DNA of 64,000 nucleotides from Syntrophomonadales bacterium (lineage in GTDB: Bacteria > Bacillota > Syntrophomonadia > Syntrophomonadales > DTU052), in the NCBI GenBank assembly GCA_050951725.1, contig JBMNJO010000012.1, positions 355,548 through 419,547 on the forward strand, written 5' to 3'. Shown piece by piece: positions 1-10,048 of the stretch. A program made the translations under genes and the position numbers. Numbering within the stretch: the first letter of the stretch is position 1; each line of letters opens with the position of its first letter. Under the pieces are notes generated by a model. That model had not been told where the DNA came from and did not search any database. It worked only from the letters and a program-made list of their open reading frames with translations.

Positions 1-300
1 ACCAAGGTTTATGCCACTAACGAAAGGATAGAGACCCGCCAGACCCAGGAGAAGGACCAGAGCGGCACCACCCGTAACATAACTGAGCAGAGTTCTGATA
101 GGCAATTGGTGCTTTCCAACAACACTCCGGTATTGGAGGAAAGTAAAACACCAGAGATTGTCGGGGTACTGGTAATTGCTGAGGGCGCAGAAGATCCTGC
201 GGTAGAAGAAAATCTGTCGCAAGCGGTCACCGGACTATTGGGACTTCCTGCATCTCGGGTCACGGTGCTGCCGATGGAGAAAGGGGGCATTGCCCAATGA
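1..300 (+). CDS. spoIIIAG: stage III sporulation protein AG, C-terminal part (5' end outside window)
   Basis: Frame 1 is open from base 1 to TGA 298-300. The tail IVGVLVIAEGAEDPAVEENLSQAVTGLLGLPASRVTVLPM matches the conserved SpoIIIAG C-terminus. The stop overlaps the start of a SpoIIIAH-like gene. Confidence 0.7.
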   Translation, partial: TKVYATNERIETRQTQEKDQSGTTRNITEQSSDRQLVLSNNTPVLEESKTPEIVGVLVIAEGAEDPAVEENLSQAVTGLLGLPASRVTVLPMEKGGIAQ

Positions 301-815
301 TCGTTAAACTAAAACCTATATTAATCATTGCGGCCGTTTTTGTGGTGACATTGGTGGGAATTGGCTGTTGGCAGCTGGTGGATTGGAAAATGGCAGCCAA
401 TACCCCGGAACCACCTGCGGAGCCACCCCAAATATCAGTTACCCAGCGGCAAACCGAAACGACTGAAAAATCCTTTTTCCCTGCTTTCCGTTTACAGAGA
501 GAGAAGGTCCGCAGTCAACAACTGGAATTACTGCAGGAGATAATCAACAATCCCAATACTGATGATACCTCCAAGCAGTCAGCATTGACCCGGCTCTTGA
601 CCATAACCAATGCCATGGAGTTGGAATTAAAGGCCGAGGGTCTGTTACAAGCGCAAGGGTTTAAGGAGGGGGTTGTGATTGTGCAGGATGCAGCTGCTTC
701 CGTAATCATCTCGGGGCCTGAATTGGATGAAACTGAGGAAGAACTGGTCAGGAGCCAGGTGGCTGGGGTCTTGAAAATGAAAAGTCAACAGATAAGTCTT
801 ATCAGAAAGGATTGA
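297..815 (+). CDS. spoIIIAH: stage III sporulation protein AH
   Basis: 172 aa with an N-terminal TM helix, then FFPAFRLQREKVRSQQLELLQEII and a C-terminal domain typical of SpoIIIAH. It follows spoIIIAG as in the spoIIIA operon. Confidence 0.75.
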   Translation: MIVKLKPILIIAAVFVVTLVGIGCWQLVDWKMAANTPEPPAEPPQISVTQRQTETTEKSFFPAFRLQREKVRSQQLELLQEIINNPNTDDTSKQSALTRLLTITNAMELELKAEGLLQAQGFKEGVVIVQDAAASVIISGPELDETEEELVRSQVAGVLKMKSQQISLIRKD

Positions 816-1003
816 GAGTGTAAAAGCTTGAGGTAAGGTACTGCCATTGTGGAACATAAAAGCTATTCCGGAAGATACTCCCTCACTTGGTGAAGGCCCG
901 AAAAAATGCGGTTCGCATATTGTATACATGAGCCGATTCTGTTGAAATAACGTATTCTTATCCCTATAATTAAAATATGCTTTTGATGATCGGCAATAAA
1001 ACG

Positions 1004-1026
1004 CTCAGGCTACGGCCTGAGTTTTT
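1004..1026 (+). terminator. rho-independent terminator candidate
   Basis: Stem CTCAGGC / GCCTGAG with a 4-nt loop, followed by TTTTT. Confidence 0.55.
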
Positions 1027-1076
1027 AATGACAACATATAGGCATACCTTGAAAACTCAAACCAAAACAGCAATCC

Positions 1077-2984
1077 ATGGGGGAGGGCAACCTATTGAAT
1101 CGAATTAAAATTACTGATACTTCACTTCGTGATGGACATCAAAGCCTTTGGGCTACCAGAATGTCCCTGGAAGATATGCATCCGATTCTCGAAAAACTGG
1201 ATAATGTAGGCTATCATTCCCTGGAAGTCTGGGGTGGAGCCACTTTTGATGTGGCAGTTCGCTTTCTTAATGAAGATCCCTGGGAGAGGCTCAGGACAAT
1301 CCGTTCTATCATTACCAAGACCCGGCTGCAGATGTTGCTGCGGGGACAATCCCTGGTAGGCTATGCTCATTATCCTGATGATATAGTGGAAAGGTTTGTT
1401 GAGCGGGCAGCCTATAACGGTATTGACATTTTCCGCATTTTTGATGCTCTGAATGATATCCGTAACCTTGAGGTTCCGATACAATCGGTCAAGAAGGTAG
1501 GAAAGCATGTTCAGGCGTGTGTAGTGTATACTATCAGCCCGGTTCATACTATGGAGTACTTTGTTGAAACGGGCCTTCGTCTGGAGGATATGGGGGCTGA
1601 CAGCCTGTGTATTAAAGACATGGCGGGTCTGCTGGGTCCCTACCAGGCCTACGACCTGATTAAGGCGTTAAAAGCTCGCATTGATATTCCTATACAGCTT
1701 CACACCCATTATATCGGAGGTTTGGCGGTCGGTGCCTGTCTCAAGGGGGCCGAGGCCGGGGTTGATATCGTCGATACTGCCAGTGTTCCATTGGCATTCG
1801 GATCCTCTCAACCTCCAGTGGAAACCATAGTCAGGGCATTGCAGGGTACACCGTGGGATACGGGTCTTGATATCCATGTTTTATTTGAGGTCGCGTCTTT
1901 TTTTGAGGACATCCGCAAGAAAAAGGGTTTTGAACGCGGAGTAACCCGCATCAACGACATGAAGGTGTTCGAACATCAGGTGCCCGGGGGAATGATAACC
2001 AACTTTGTTACCCAGCTTGAGGAACAAAAGGCAGTCCACAAGCTGAACCAGGTTTTAGAGGAGATTCCGCGGGTAAGGGCGGATCTGGGATATCCACCTC
2101 TGGTAACACCTACCAGCCAGATAGTGGGGAATCAGGCGGTATTTAACGTACTGGCTGGAGAACGCTACAAAATGTGTCCTAAAGAGGTAAAAGACTATGT
2201 GCGGGGCTTCTATGGAAAACCGACTGTTCCTATCAGAGACGAGATTAAGAAGAAAATAATTGGGGATGAAGAGATTATCACCATTCGTCCTGCGGATCTT
2301 CTTAACCCCGGTTGGGAAAAAGCCCGGGAAGAGTCGGCGAATCTGGCCAAAAGCGATGAAGATATATTGACCTACGCGCTGTTTCCCCAGGTAGCCCGTA
2401 AGTTTTTTGAATACCGGAATAACAGGGCTGAAGGAGCGGATTTGATTTCTCTCTCTGAGCAGGACAAAAAACCTAAACCATCTGCGCCTCCTGCCAAGCC
2501 AGCTCAAAAAGTAATCAAATCGGATAAGGGGAACGAGGATATGGATGTTGATAGAATAAGAGAACTAATCCTGTTGTTGGATGAAACCAGTCTGGCAGAA
2601 CTGGAATATGAGGGACCCGAGTTCAGACTTAACCTGCGCAAAGGTTTAAAGAATGGGTCTGATGCCGGCTCGGATCAATCCGGATCTGCAGAAAGGCCCC
2701 GCAGCAGAAAGAAGCAAGCCAAAGAGGAAACACCGGATGAGAATCTGATCCAGGTAATTGCACCTATGGTAGGAACCTTTTATCGCAGCCCTTCACCGGA
2801 TTCTCCTCCTTTTGTAGAAGTCGGGAGTTATATTGAAGCTGGACAGACCCTTTGTATAGTCGAGGCTATGAAGCTGATGAATGAGATTAAATCCGAAGTC
2901 AAGGGCAGGGTCGCCGAGATACTGGTGGAGAACGCTCAGCCAGTTGAGTATGGACAGGTGATGTTCTTAATTGCCAAGGAATAG
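1077..2984 (+). CDS. pyruvate carboxylase subunit B / oxaloacetate decarboxylase alpha-like carboxyltransferase fused to a biotin carboxyl carrier domain
   Basis: 635 aa. The N-terminus [18 protein letters not shown] is the HMGL-like 5S carboxyltransferase signature. The C-terminus has the biotinyl motif [12 protein letters not shown]. Confidence 0.85.
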   Translation: MGEGNLLNRIKITDTSLRDGHQSLWATRMSLEDMHPILEKLDNVGYHSLEVWGGATFDVAVRFLNEDPWERLRTIRSIITKTRLQMLLRGQSLVGYAHYPDDIVERFVERAAYNGIDIFRIFDALNDIRNLEVPIQSVKKVGKHVQACVVYTISPVHTMEYFVETGLRLEDMGADSLCIKDMAGLLGPYQAYDLIKALKARIDIPIQLHTHYIGGLAVGACLKGAEAGVDIVDTASVPLAFGSSQPPVETIVRALQGTPWDTGLDIHVLFEVASFFEDIRKKKGFERGVTRINDMKVFEHQVPGGMITNFVTQLEEQKAVHKLNQVLEEIPRVRADLGYPPLVTPTSQIVGNQAVFNVLAGERYKMCPKEVKDYVRGFYGKPTVPIRDEIKKKIIGDEEIITIRPADLLNPGWEKAREESANLAKSDEDILTYALFPQVARKFFEYRNNRAEGADLISLSEQDKKPKPSAPPAKPAQKVIKSDKGNEDMDVDRIRELILLLDETSLAELEYEGPEFRLNLRKGLKNGSDAGSDQSGSAERPRSRKKQAKEETPDENLIQVIAPMVGTFYRSPSPDSPPFVEVGSYIEAGQTLCIVEAMKLMNEIKSEVKGRVAEILVENAQPVEYGQVMFLIAKE

Positions 2985-2994
2985 AGGTGATGAT

Positions 2995-4347
2995 TTGATC
3001 TCCAAGGTACTAGTCGCTAATCGTGGTGAAATAGCAGTCAGAATTATCAGAGCATGCAAGGAGTTAGGGATTGCCACCGTAGCGGTTTACAGCAAGGCGG
3101 ACGCTAACTCCTTGCACGTAAGGATGGCCGATCAGGCTGTCTGCATCGGTGAAGCACCAGCGACCCAAAGCTACCTTAATATATCTAATGTCATCAGTGC
3201 AGCTATTAACACCGGTTGTCAGGCTGTCCATCCTGGGTATGGGTTTTTGGCGGAAAATGCGTATTTCGCCGAGATGTGTTCCACTCATGGTATAAAGTTT
3301 ATTGGTCCCTCTCCCCATACCATCAAGCTGATGGGAGACAAGATAGCTGCCAGAGAACTGGTCAGCAGCACCGGAGTTCCAGTGGTCCCGGGGAGTGACG
3401 GGGGAATAAGTGATGTGAAAGAAGCTCTTAGAATAGCGGAAGAGATTCAATACCCCGTTCTTATCAAGGCTGCGGCGGGTGGTGGCGGTAAGGGGATGCG
3501 TCTGGTCCACAACCGCAAGGAACTGGCAAAAACCTTGGAAGTGGTCCGGACCGAAGCACAGGCGGCCTTTGGCGACGGCGAGGTCTACATAGAAAAATAC
3601 ATCGAGGAACCTCGTCACATAGAGATACAGATTTTAGGTGATGAACACGGTAATCTGGTTCATCTCGGCGAAAGGGATTGTTCAATCCAGAGACGCAATC
3701 AAAAACTGCTGGAGGAGTCCCCGTCACCGTTTGTAGATGAGGAACTACGGGCCAGAATGGGTCAGATGGCCCTGAAAGTTGCTGAAGCTACGGGTTATTA
3801 CAGCGCAGGTACGGTGGAGTTTCTGGTGGACAGGTACAAAAACTGTTACTTTATAGAGGTTAATACCAGAATTCAGGTCGAACACCCGGTAACCGAGATG
3901 GTGACCGGGGTGGATTTGGTTAATGCCCAGTTAGCCATTGCTGGCGGCGAGAAACTTGGCATATCTCAAGATGAGATCATTCCCCGCGGATGGGCCATCG
4001 AGTGCCGCATCAACGCTGAAGATCCAGGTCAGGAGTTTGTGCCTTCACCTGGTACCGTACTGAATTACCTGCCGGCCGGCGGCCCTGGAGTAAGGGTTGA
4101 CAGTTTCATATATACAGGCTATACCGTACCCTCCTACTACGATAGTCTATTAGGAAAGGTTATTGTTTGGGCTCCGGATCGCAGCCAGGCGATTGACCGC
4201 ATGGACCGGGCCTTGAACGAACACGTAATTGAAGGCATCAAAACCACCATTCCATTTCATCAACGGGTACTGGGCAACAGTTTTTTCCGGCGCGGTGAGG
4301 TATATACCAATTTTATAGCGAGAAGAATAGATATCAGCGGCAAGTAA
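2995..4347 (+). CDS. accC: biotin carboxylase (acetyl-CoA / pyruvate carboxylase subunit A)
   Basis: KVLVANRGEIAVRIIRAC, the ATP-grasp GGGGKGMR loop and an EVNTRIQVEHPVTE motif. TTG 2995 is preferred over the ORF-track start 2971 because GAGGTGA lies just upstream. Confidence 0.9.
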   Translation: MISKVLVANRGEIAVRIIRACKELGIATVAVYSKADANSLHVRMADQAVCIGEAPATQSYLNISNVISAAINTGCQAVHPGYGFLAENAYFAEMCSTHGIKFIGPSPHTIKLMGDKIAARELVSSTGVPVVPGSDGGISDVKEALRIAEEIQYPVLIKAAAGGGGKGMRLVHNRKELAKTLEVVRTEAQAAFGDGEVYIEKYIEEPRHIEIQILGDEHGNLVHLGERDCSIQRRNQKLLEESPSPFVDEELRARMGQMALKVAEATGYYSAGTVEFLVDRYKNCYFIEVNTRIQVEHPVTEMVTGVDLVNAQLAIAGGEKLGISQDEIIPRGWAIECRINAEDPGQEFVPSPGTVLNYLPAGGPGVRVDSFIYTGYTVPSYYDSLLGKVIVWAPDRSQAIDRMDRALNEHVIEGIKTTIPFHQRVLGNSFFRRGEVYTNFIARRIDISGK

Positions 4348-4424
4348 ATAACGGGAATAAGCCCAGAGTTGCCCTCGGCAAATATTTCTAATAGAATGTA
4401 GGTACAAATACAGGGGGTGATGAA

Positions 4425-4823
4425 TTGGAAAATAGCGTGGAGAAAATGAGTAGCAATACTGATATCGGTGCCATACGTATAGCGGAAGAGGTTGTCTCGA
4501 CGATAGCCGGTCTGGCAGCAGTTGAGGTTGAGGGTGTTGCTGCCATGAGCGGCAGTCTTACAGCTGGATTAACTGAAATACTTGGTCGGAAGAACCTGAG
4601 CAAGGGCGTAAAAGTTGAAGTAGGAGACACTGAAGCTGCTATTGAAGCCTTTATTGTCGTTGAATTTGGTTTCCCGATTCCCGGTGTGGCCAAAGCGGTA
4701 CAGAATCAGATCAAGAGCGCAGTAGAAACCATGACCGGTCTTAATGTTACGGCGGTTAATGTCCACGTTGTCGGGGTTTCAATGAAGAAAGGCAAAGTTG
4801 AGGAAGAGTCAGCTGACAAGTAA
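4425..4823 (+). CDS. Asp23/Gls24 family alkaline shock protein
   Basis: 132 aa. IGAIRIAEEVVSTIAGLAAVEVEGVAAM is the typical Asp23 N-terminus. TTG start with a GGGGG RBS. Confidence 0.85.
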   Translation: MENSVEKMSSNTDIGAIRIAEEVVSTIAGLAAVEVEGVAAMSGSLTAGLTEILGRKNLSKGVKVEVGDTEAAIEAFIVVEFGFPIPGVAKAVQNQIKSAVETMTGLNVTAVNVHVVGVSMKKGKVEEESADK

Positions 4824-4835
4824 GAAATATTCTGG

Positions 4836-4870
4836 CAACCCCCTGCTATTAGGGGGTTGTTGTCCTATTT
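4836..4870 (+). terminator. rho-independent terminator candidate
   Basis: Stem CAACCCCCT / AGGGGGTTG followed by a T-rich tract. Confidence 0.5.
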
Positions 4871-4988
4871 TTGGGCTTTTTTCGATGATTTTGTGCATTT
4901 AATCACTAGGAACAGAAGTTTTGCCAAAGCCGGTTTAACCAACCGGCTGCAGCGTTCTATTCCAACCGCTCAAGGAAGGGGGGGTTTG

Positions 4989-5519
4989 ATGTCGGCTCTT
5001 TGGAAGTCAATTCTAGTCCTATATAACCTGGTTTTGATTGGCTTATCAGTGATAATTGTGGGACTGGCTCTTGGAAATACCGAACCGCTGCAGTGGATCA
5101 ATGAGATGGTAAGAACATCCCAAAACCGTCTGATCAGTGGTAGTGCCGGGGTGTTTTTGGCCATTGTCGGTCTGGCTCTTTTGATTCAGTTATTTAGATC
5201 AAGGCCGGAAACCGAGGTGATAGTACAGGAATCCCCTGCGGGCAGAGTAATAATAACCGTTCCCGCCATAAAGCAGATTGTTCTCAAAGCTGTCAAATTG
5301 GTGGAAGGGGTGCGAGAAGTCAAACCGGAAGTGACCAATGGTAAAAACGGAGTGGTGGTTTCCCTGACCTTAATGGTAAATCCCGACTACAAAATCCCTG
5401 AGATGACCTCATCAATTCAAGAAAAGGTCGGAGCCCTCCTGGAAGAAGTCGGTGGTCTTCGAGTAGCAGAGGTCAGGATAAAGGTGGATGACTTTGCTCC
5501 TAAGCCTGCCGTGCGCTGA
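4989..5519 (+). CDS. membrane protein, AmaP-like Asp23 anchor candidate
   Basis: ATG 4989 is preceded by AAGGAAGGGGGG. It has two N-terminal TM helices and a soluble C-terminal domain, and sits next to asp23 as in known asp23 operons. Confidence 0.55.
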   Translation: MSALWKSILVLYNLVLIGLSVIIVGLALGNTEPLQWINEMVRTSQNRLISGSAGVFLAIVGLALLIQLFRSRPETEVIVQESPAGRVIITVPAIKQIVLKAVKLVEGVREVKPEVTNGKNGVVVSLTLMVNPDYKIPEMTSSIQEKVGALLEEVGGLRVAEVRIKVDDFAPKPAVR

Positions 5520-5535
5520 AAGGAGGAGGGAATAA

Positions 5536-5751
5536 GTGTGGGATAAAATGCTCACTTACATAATAGAGAACCACCGCGGTAAGGCTATCGGTTTGGTTTT
5601 GGGATTAATCGCCGGCATACTGGTGATTAATTATGGTTTCTGGAAGGCCTTGTTTATTGTGATGTGCATAATAGGCGGCTTCTTAATAGGTAAGGCAGTT
5701 GACGAACAGGTTGATTTCGATGATTGGTTCAAAAAATTTCGCGGACGATAG
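5536..5751 (+). CDS. small integral membrane protein (DUF2273-like)
   Basis: 71 aa, two TM helices, strong RBS AAGGAGGAGGG, and the third member of the asp23-type cluster. Confidence 0.55.
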   Translation: MWDKMLTYIIENHRGKAIGLVLGLIAGILVINYGFWKALFIVMCIIGGFLIGKAVDEQVDFDDWFKKFRGR

Positions 5752-5765
5752 AAGGAGGACATCGA

Positions 5766-6167
5766 TTGAGCAGAAGAAAAGCCCGGGAAGCAGCATTCAA
5801 GATACTATTCACAGTAGACCTGGTTCAGGCAGATGCAAAAGAGGCTCTTCTGAAACTCAATCAAGATCTCTCCATTAAGGAAGAGAACCGGAAGTTTATT
5901 TCCAGCCTGGTACTGGGAACCTTGGAACACCTGACAGATATTGACCGGCAGATAACCCGGTTTTCTCCCGATTGGCCTCTGGAGAGGATGCCCGTAGTTG
6001 ATAGGAACCTCTTGCGAATGGCCGCTTATGAAATGTTATACGCGGGTGATGTCCACCCGGTGGTAGTTATAAATGAAGCGGTAGAACTGGCCAAAATCTA
6101 TGGGGACAGCAACTCCCATGCGTTTATTAATGCCATCCTGGACCGTATCAAGGGGGTCGGGAATTGA
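5766..6167 (+). CDS. nusB: transcription antitermination factor NusB
   Basis: SRRKAREAAFKILF near the N-terminus and AFINAILD near the C-terminus are NusB hallmarks. An in-frame TTG at 5766 is preferred over ORF start 5724. Confidence 0.9.
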   Translation: MSRRKAREAAFKILFTVDLVQADAKEALLKLNQDLSIKEENRKFISSLVLGTLEHLTDIDRQITRFSPDWPLERMPVVDRNLLRMAAYEMLYAGDVHPVVVINEAVELAKIYGDSNSHAFINAILDRIKGVGN

Positions 6168-7135
6168 ACGTCTTTCTTGGTATAGACACCAGTGCCTATA
6201 CCACCTCGGTGGCGATAGCCGGGGAAACGGGTGAGGTATTGGCTGATGAGCGCATGCTTTTGGAAGTAAAACCAGGAAACAGGGGCCTGCGGCAATCTGA
6301 GGCCCACTTCCAACACATACGCAACCTCCCGGTGTTGATGGAAAAGCTAAGGCCGATTTTAAACAAACACCGGCTTTTGGCGTTGGGTGTGAGCGACCGG
6401 CCCAGAAGGCTTCCCGATAGCTACATGCCGGTTTTCCTTGCCGGATTGGGTGTTGGCAGATGTCTGGCCAGCGTTGGAGATTACCCACTCTATTTATTAA
6501 GCCATCAGGAAGGACATGTTGAGGCCGCATCCTATGAACTGCCGTTAGATGGGCAGGATTTTTTGGCGGTTCATTTTTCCGGGGGGACTTCCGAGATCCT
6601 GCTGGTGAAACGTGATAAGAGCAGGTATGACATTGAATTGCTCCTGGCTACCAAGGATTTGAATGCCGGACAGTTGGTTGACCGGGTGGGGGTGGCTATG
6701 GGGCTGCCCTTCCCATCTGGACCGCATATGGAGAAGGTGGCAAAAGATGTGGCAACCGATCTTACCCTTCCTTCGGCGGTAGATGCGCTGGGGTTCTCTT
6801 TCTCCGGTGCCGAAACCCGAGCGGCTTCCATGCTGGACCAGGGAGTGCCACAGGAAACCGTAGCCTATCTGGTCTTTAAATGTATTGCCAATACCCTGGA
6901 AAAAGGACTCAGATCAGCCGTAAAATCTTGTGGAATTAGCAGTGTGGTTATGGCGGGAGGGGTGATGGCCAACGGAATTATCCGCCTTCGCCTGACAGAA
7001 AGGCTTAAGGGGTCGGGAATTCAGCTTTTCTGGGCACCACCACGTCTTAGCACCGACAACGCTGTGGGTACCGCCATGATGGCCAGTAGATGTTATTATT
7101 ACGAACATGAAATGGGGGTTCGTCTTGAACGGTAA
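6164..7135 (+). CDS. TsaD/Kae1 (peptidase M22) family protein, paralog-like
   Basis: ASKHA-type N-terminus FLGIDTSAYTTSVAI and an SHQEGH metal-site-like motif. 323 aa. Confidence 0.6.
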   Translation: MNVFLGIDTSAYTTSVAIAGETGEVLADERMLLEVKPGNRGLRQSEAHFQHIRNLPVLMEKLRPILNKHRLLALGVSDRPRRLPDSYMPVFLAGLGVGRCLASVGDYPLYLLSHQEGHVEAASYELPLDGQDFLAVHFSGGTSEILLVKRDKSRYDIELLLATKDLNAGQLVDRVGVAMGLPFPSGPHMEKVAKDVATDLTLPSAVDALGFSFSGAETRAASMLDQGVPQETVAYLVFKCIANTLEKGLRSAVKSCGISSVVMAGGVMANGIIRLRLTERLKGSGIQLFWAPPRLSTDNAVGTAMMASRCYYYEHEMGVRLER

Positions 7136-7994
7136 CAATATTTTGTACGGCAAGGAGCCGGCTAATGCAATATTGAAGGAAGTATCAGATAGTTTACTGC
7201 GTTTGAAGACCGCAGGAATAAATCCACGCCTGGTGACCATTCAGGTTGGTGAGGATCCGGCTTCCAAAACATATCTGGCTTCCCAGATGCGCAGTGCTGA
7301 AAAGGTCGGGATCAAGAGCGAACTGGTCAATCTTCCGGATTCCGCTGCGCAGAGAGAGGTTATCGAGACTATTGAACGCATGAATAACGATCCTACAGTC
7401 CATGGCATAATGCTGCACATGCCTGTGCCTAAACACCTCGATGGCCGGGCTTTGCAGTGGGCGATCGATCGCAAGAAAGACGTGGAGGGGGTAACCCCTT
7501 ACAACCTGGGCAGATTATTCCTGGGCCGGCCGGGGTTAGCGCCATGCACCGCGTTAAGCGCTGTTCAATTAATAAAGACTACCGGTGTCAAACTTCGTGG
7601 GCTGGAAGCCGTTGTTATTGGTCGCAGCGACATCGTCGGCAAACCGGTAAGCCTCATGCTTACCAGCCTCGACTGTACAGTGACTGTTTGTCATTCAGGA
7701 ACCAGCGAGCGTGGGGTGCTTAAGGACCACATTCAGCGGGCGGATATTGTGGTGGCTTCGCTGGGCAAACCCAATTTCGTTCGGGGTGAGTGGATCAAAC
7801 CAGGAGCAATTGTGATCGACGTAGGAATCAATTACCTTGACGGCAAACTGGTAGGGGATGTTGAATTTGAGGAAGCAGTTAAATCTGCCGGATTTATAAC
7901 CCCGGTACCAGGAGGGGTTGGCACAGTGACCGTTGCATATCTGTGGAAGAATCTTGTTGACGCCATTAACTGGCAGATTGAACCGGAGGAATGA
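7107..7994 (+). CDS. folD: FolD-family methylenetetrahydrofolate dehydrogenase/cyclohydrolase, catalytic Lys position is Gln
   Basis: VIGRSDIVGKPVSLML, LGKPNF, IDVGIN and PVPGGVGTVT are all present. PASKTYLASQMRS carries Q (7284-7286) where FolD normally has Lys. Confidence 0.85.
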   Translation: MKWGFVLNGNNILYGKEPANAILKEVSDSLLRLKTAGINPRLVTIQVGEDPASKTYLASQMRSAEKVGIKSELVNLPDSAAQREVIETIERMNNDPTVHGIMLHMPVPKHLDGRALQWAIDRKKDVEGVTPYNLGRLFLGRPGLAPCTALSAVQLIKTTGVKLRGLEAVVIGRSDIVGKPVSLMLTSLDCTVTVCHSGTSERGVLKDHIQRADIVVASLGKPNFVRGEWIKPGAIVIDVGINYLDGKLVGDVEFEEAVKSAGFITPVPGGVGTVTVAYLWKNLVDAINWQIEPEE

Positions 7995-7998
7995 GAAA

Positions 7999-8820
7999 AT
8001 GCCAATTATTGACGGAAGTAAGCTGTCCCGGAATCTCAGAGAAGAATTAAAGCAACAGGTGGAGGACTTAAAACATCCTCCGGTATTGGCAATTATTCTG
8101 GTGGGAAATGACCAGGAAAGCGAGCGCTATGTAAGTATGAAGCAGCGGGCGGCGGGCGAAATCGGAGCCCAGTGTCAGGTGCATCATTTGAATGAAGCCA
8201 GCACCAGCGAGGTCGTCGCTCTCGTCAACAGGTTGAACCAGGACCAGGCAATCCATGGTATATTGGTTCAGCTCCCTCTGCCCCCGGGGGTGGACCAGGA
8301 CCAGGTTATTGCTGCCATCGATGTGTCCAAGGATGTTGACGGCTTTCATCCCCTGAATCTGGGCCTGGGCTATATGGGGAAGCAGGTGTTTACGAGTTGT
8401 GCGTCCGCGGCAATCCTTAATCTGATTGAAAACTATGTCCAAACCCCCAGGCCGCGGGTCCTGCTGATCGGAAAATCTTTGGACCTTATCAAACCATTGA
8501 ACTCTTTATTGGTGGGGAGAGAATGCCCGGTAACAGTGGTAGATGAGATGCATCCGTGGATTGATCTATCTCTGTATGAGGTAGCGGTACTGGAAAACGG
8601 CACTCCCCGGTCAGTGTCCGGTTCGGCGTTTGAGGAGGGATCACTGGTAATTGATGCCGGTTTCCACTGGCAGGAAGGGAAGAGTTGCGGAAACGCGATA
8701 ACTGAGGATTTTGAGGCCGATTCACGGCCATGGCTGTTGCCGGTGCCAGGAGGGTTGGGGCCGCTCTTGATTACTATGCTGCTTTCCAATCTGATAAAGG
8801 CGGCAAAGAGGAATGGATAA
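7999..8820 (+). CDS. FolD-family paralog with a degenerate dinucleotide-binding region
   Basis: YVSMKQRAAGEIG (Lys kept), VQLPLP, DVDGFHPLNLG and PVPGGLGP are present. GKSLDLIKP replaces GxSxxVGxP, and the GKPxF and IDVGIN motifs are lost. Confidence 0.75.
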   Translation: MPIIDGSKLSRNLREELKQQVEDLKHPPVLAIILVGNDQESERYVSMKQRAAGEIGAQCQVHHLNEASTSEVVALVNRLNQDQAIHGILVQLPLPPGVDQDQVIAAIDVSKDVDGFHPLNLGLGYMGKQVFTSCASAAILNLIENYVQTPRPRVLLIGKSLDLIKPLNSLLVGRECPVTVVDEMHPWIDLSLYEVAVLENGTPRSVSGSAFEEGSLVIDAGFHWQEGKSCGNAITEDFEADSRPWLLPVPGGLGPLLITMLLSNLIKAAKRNG

Positions 8821-10048
8821 GGGAATGTTGCCAGTTAACCGGATACTTTCGGTGGCGGAGTTGACTTCCCATGTAAAATCGGTTCTGGAAGGCGACCGAA
8901 TGCTGCAGAATGTCTGGGTCAGAGGAGAGATTTCCGATTTTCGGTATTATCAAAAATCGGGGCATATGTACTTCAATTTGAAGGATGAGGTATCCAGTGT
9001 CAACTGTGTAATGTTCCGCAGCCGGACGAAAAATATAGATTTTGAACCTGGTGACGGGTTGAAGGTAATTGCCCGTGGGTACATCTCTATATTCGAGAAG
9101 TATGGGCGTTACCAGTATTATGTGGAAGAAATGGAACCAGACGGTCTTGGCCGTCTATTCTTGTCATTGGCCCAACTCAAGGAGCGTCTGGAAAAGGAAG
9201 GTCTCTTTGATCCCCGTCGTAAGCGACCGATCCCTCCTTTCGTAAACTGCCTGGGAGTGGTCACCTCAAAGGATGGGGCGGCTCTCAGGGATATTGTGCG
9301 AGTGGTTCGCCAGCGCCATCCAGGTTGTCATATAGTGGTTGCCGGGGCTACTGTGCAAGGACCCGAAGCACCGGGGGAGATTGTCCGGGCCATAGAAGCC
9401 CTAAACCAGTGGGGATACCCTGAGGCAATGATTGTAGGCAGGGGTGGGGGCTCTATCGAAGACCTGTGGGCATTTAACAGCGAAAAAGTGGTAAGGGCGA
9501 TAGCTCAATCCCACATACCGGTTATTTCTGCAGTAGGACATGAGGTGGATTTCAGCCTGGCCGACTTTGCAGCCGATGCCCGGGCCGCAACCCCTACCCA
9601 GGCGGCACAGATGGCGGTACCGGACATGATTGCCTATAAGGAACAGCTGCTGACTACTCAACGAAGGCTGCAACGGACAATTGAGAGATACTGCAATCAA
9701 AAATGGGCCCAGTTGGATTACCTCAAAGAAAGAAGGGTCTGGAAAAAGCCCCATCTGCTATTTGAAAATCATCGTCGGGAATTACAGCATCTTATGCAGG
9801 GGATGCAAAATAATATGAAGAATAATCTGAATGCCCGGAAATTACTGCTTCAGCAATTGGCAGTTTCATTGGACGCGCTGAGTCCGCTTAAAGTACTGGA
9901 ACGCGGCTATGCTATTGCTCGCGGGGAAGATGGGGAAGTAATCCGGGTGATTGAGCAGGTAGGGCCAGGTTCGCTGTTGAATCTTATCGTACGCAATGGG
10001 GAAATCAAGGCTGTAGTTCGAGAAAAAAGAACAGGAGACTGGTTATAA
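8813..10048 (+). CDS. xseA: exodeoxyribonuclease VII large subunit
   Basis: 411 aa. It has an OB-fold N-terminus (LSVAELTSHVKSVLE...VWVRGEISDF), GRGGGSIEDLWAFN and a coiled-coil C-terminus. Confidence 0.9.
   Translation: MDKGMLPVNRILSVAELTSHVKSVLEGDRMLQNVWVRGEISDFRYYQKSGHMYFNLKDEVSSVNCVMFRSRTKNIDFEPGDGLKVIARGYISIFEKYGRYQYYVEEMEPDGLGRLFLSLAQLKERLEKEGLFDPRRKRPIPPFVNCLGVVTSKDGAALRDIVRVVRQRHPGCHIVVAGATVQGPEAPGEIVRAIEALNQWGYPEAMIVGRGGGSIEDLWAFNSEKVVRAIAQSHIPVISAVGHEVDFSLADFAADARAATPTQAAQMAVPDMIAYKEQLLTTQRRLQRTIERYCNQKWAQLDYLKERRVWKKPHLLFENHRRELQHLMQGMQNNMKNNLNARKLLLQQLAVSLDALSPLKVLERGYAIARGEDGEVIRVIEQVGPGSLLNLIVRNGEIKAVVREKRTGDWL

Noticed and set aside
1122-1547. 141-aa antisense ORF inside the carboxyltransferase gene, and similar antisense or alternate-frame ORFs in accC, folD, xseA, the methyltransferase, FN3 genes, IS transposases and the P-type ATPase.
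   Set aside because: Each lies fully within a strongly supported gene on the other strand or frame and has no motif or RBS support.
7999-8820. The second folD as an assembly duplication artefact.
   Set aside because: The two copies are highly divergent at the protein and DNA level and differ in specific motifs, so they are genuine paralogs.
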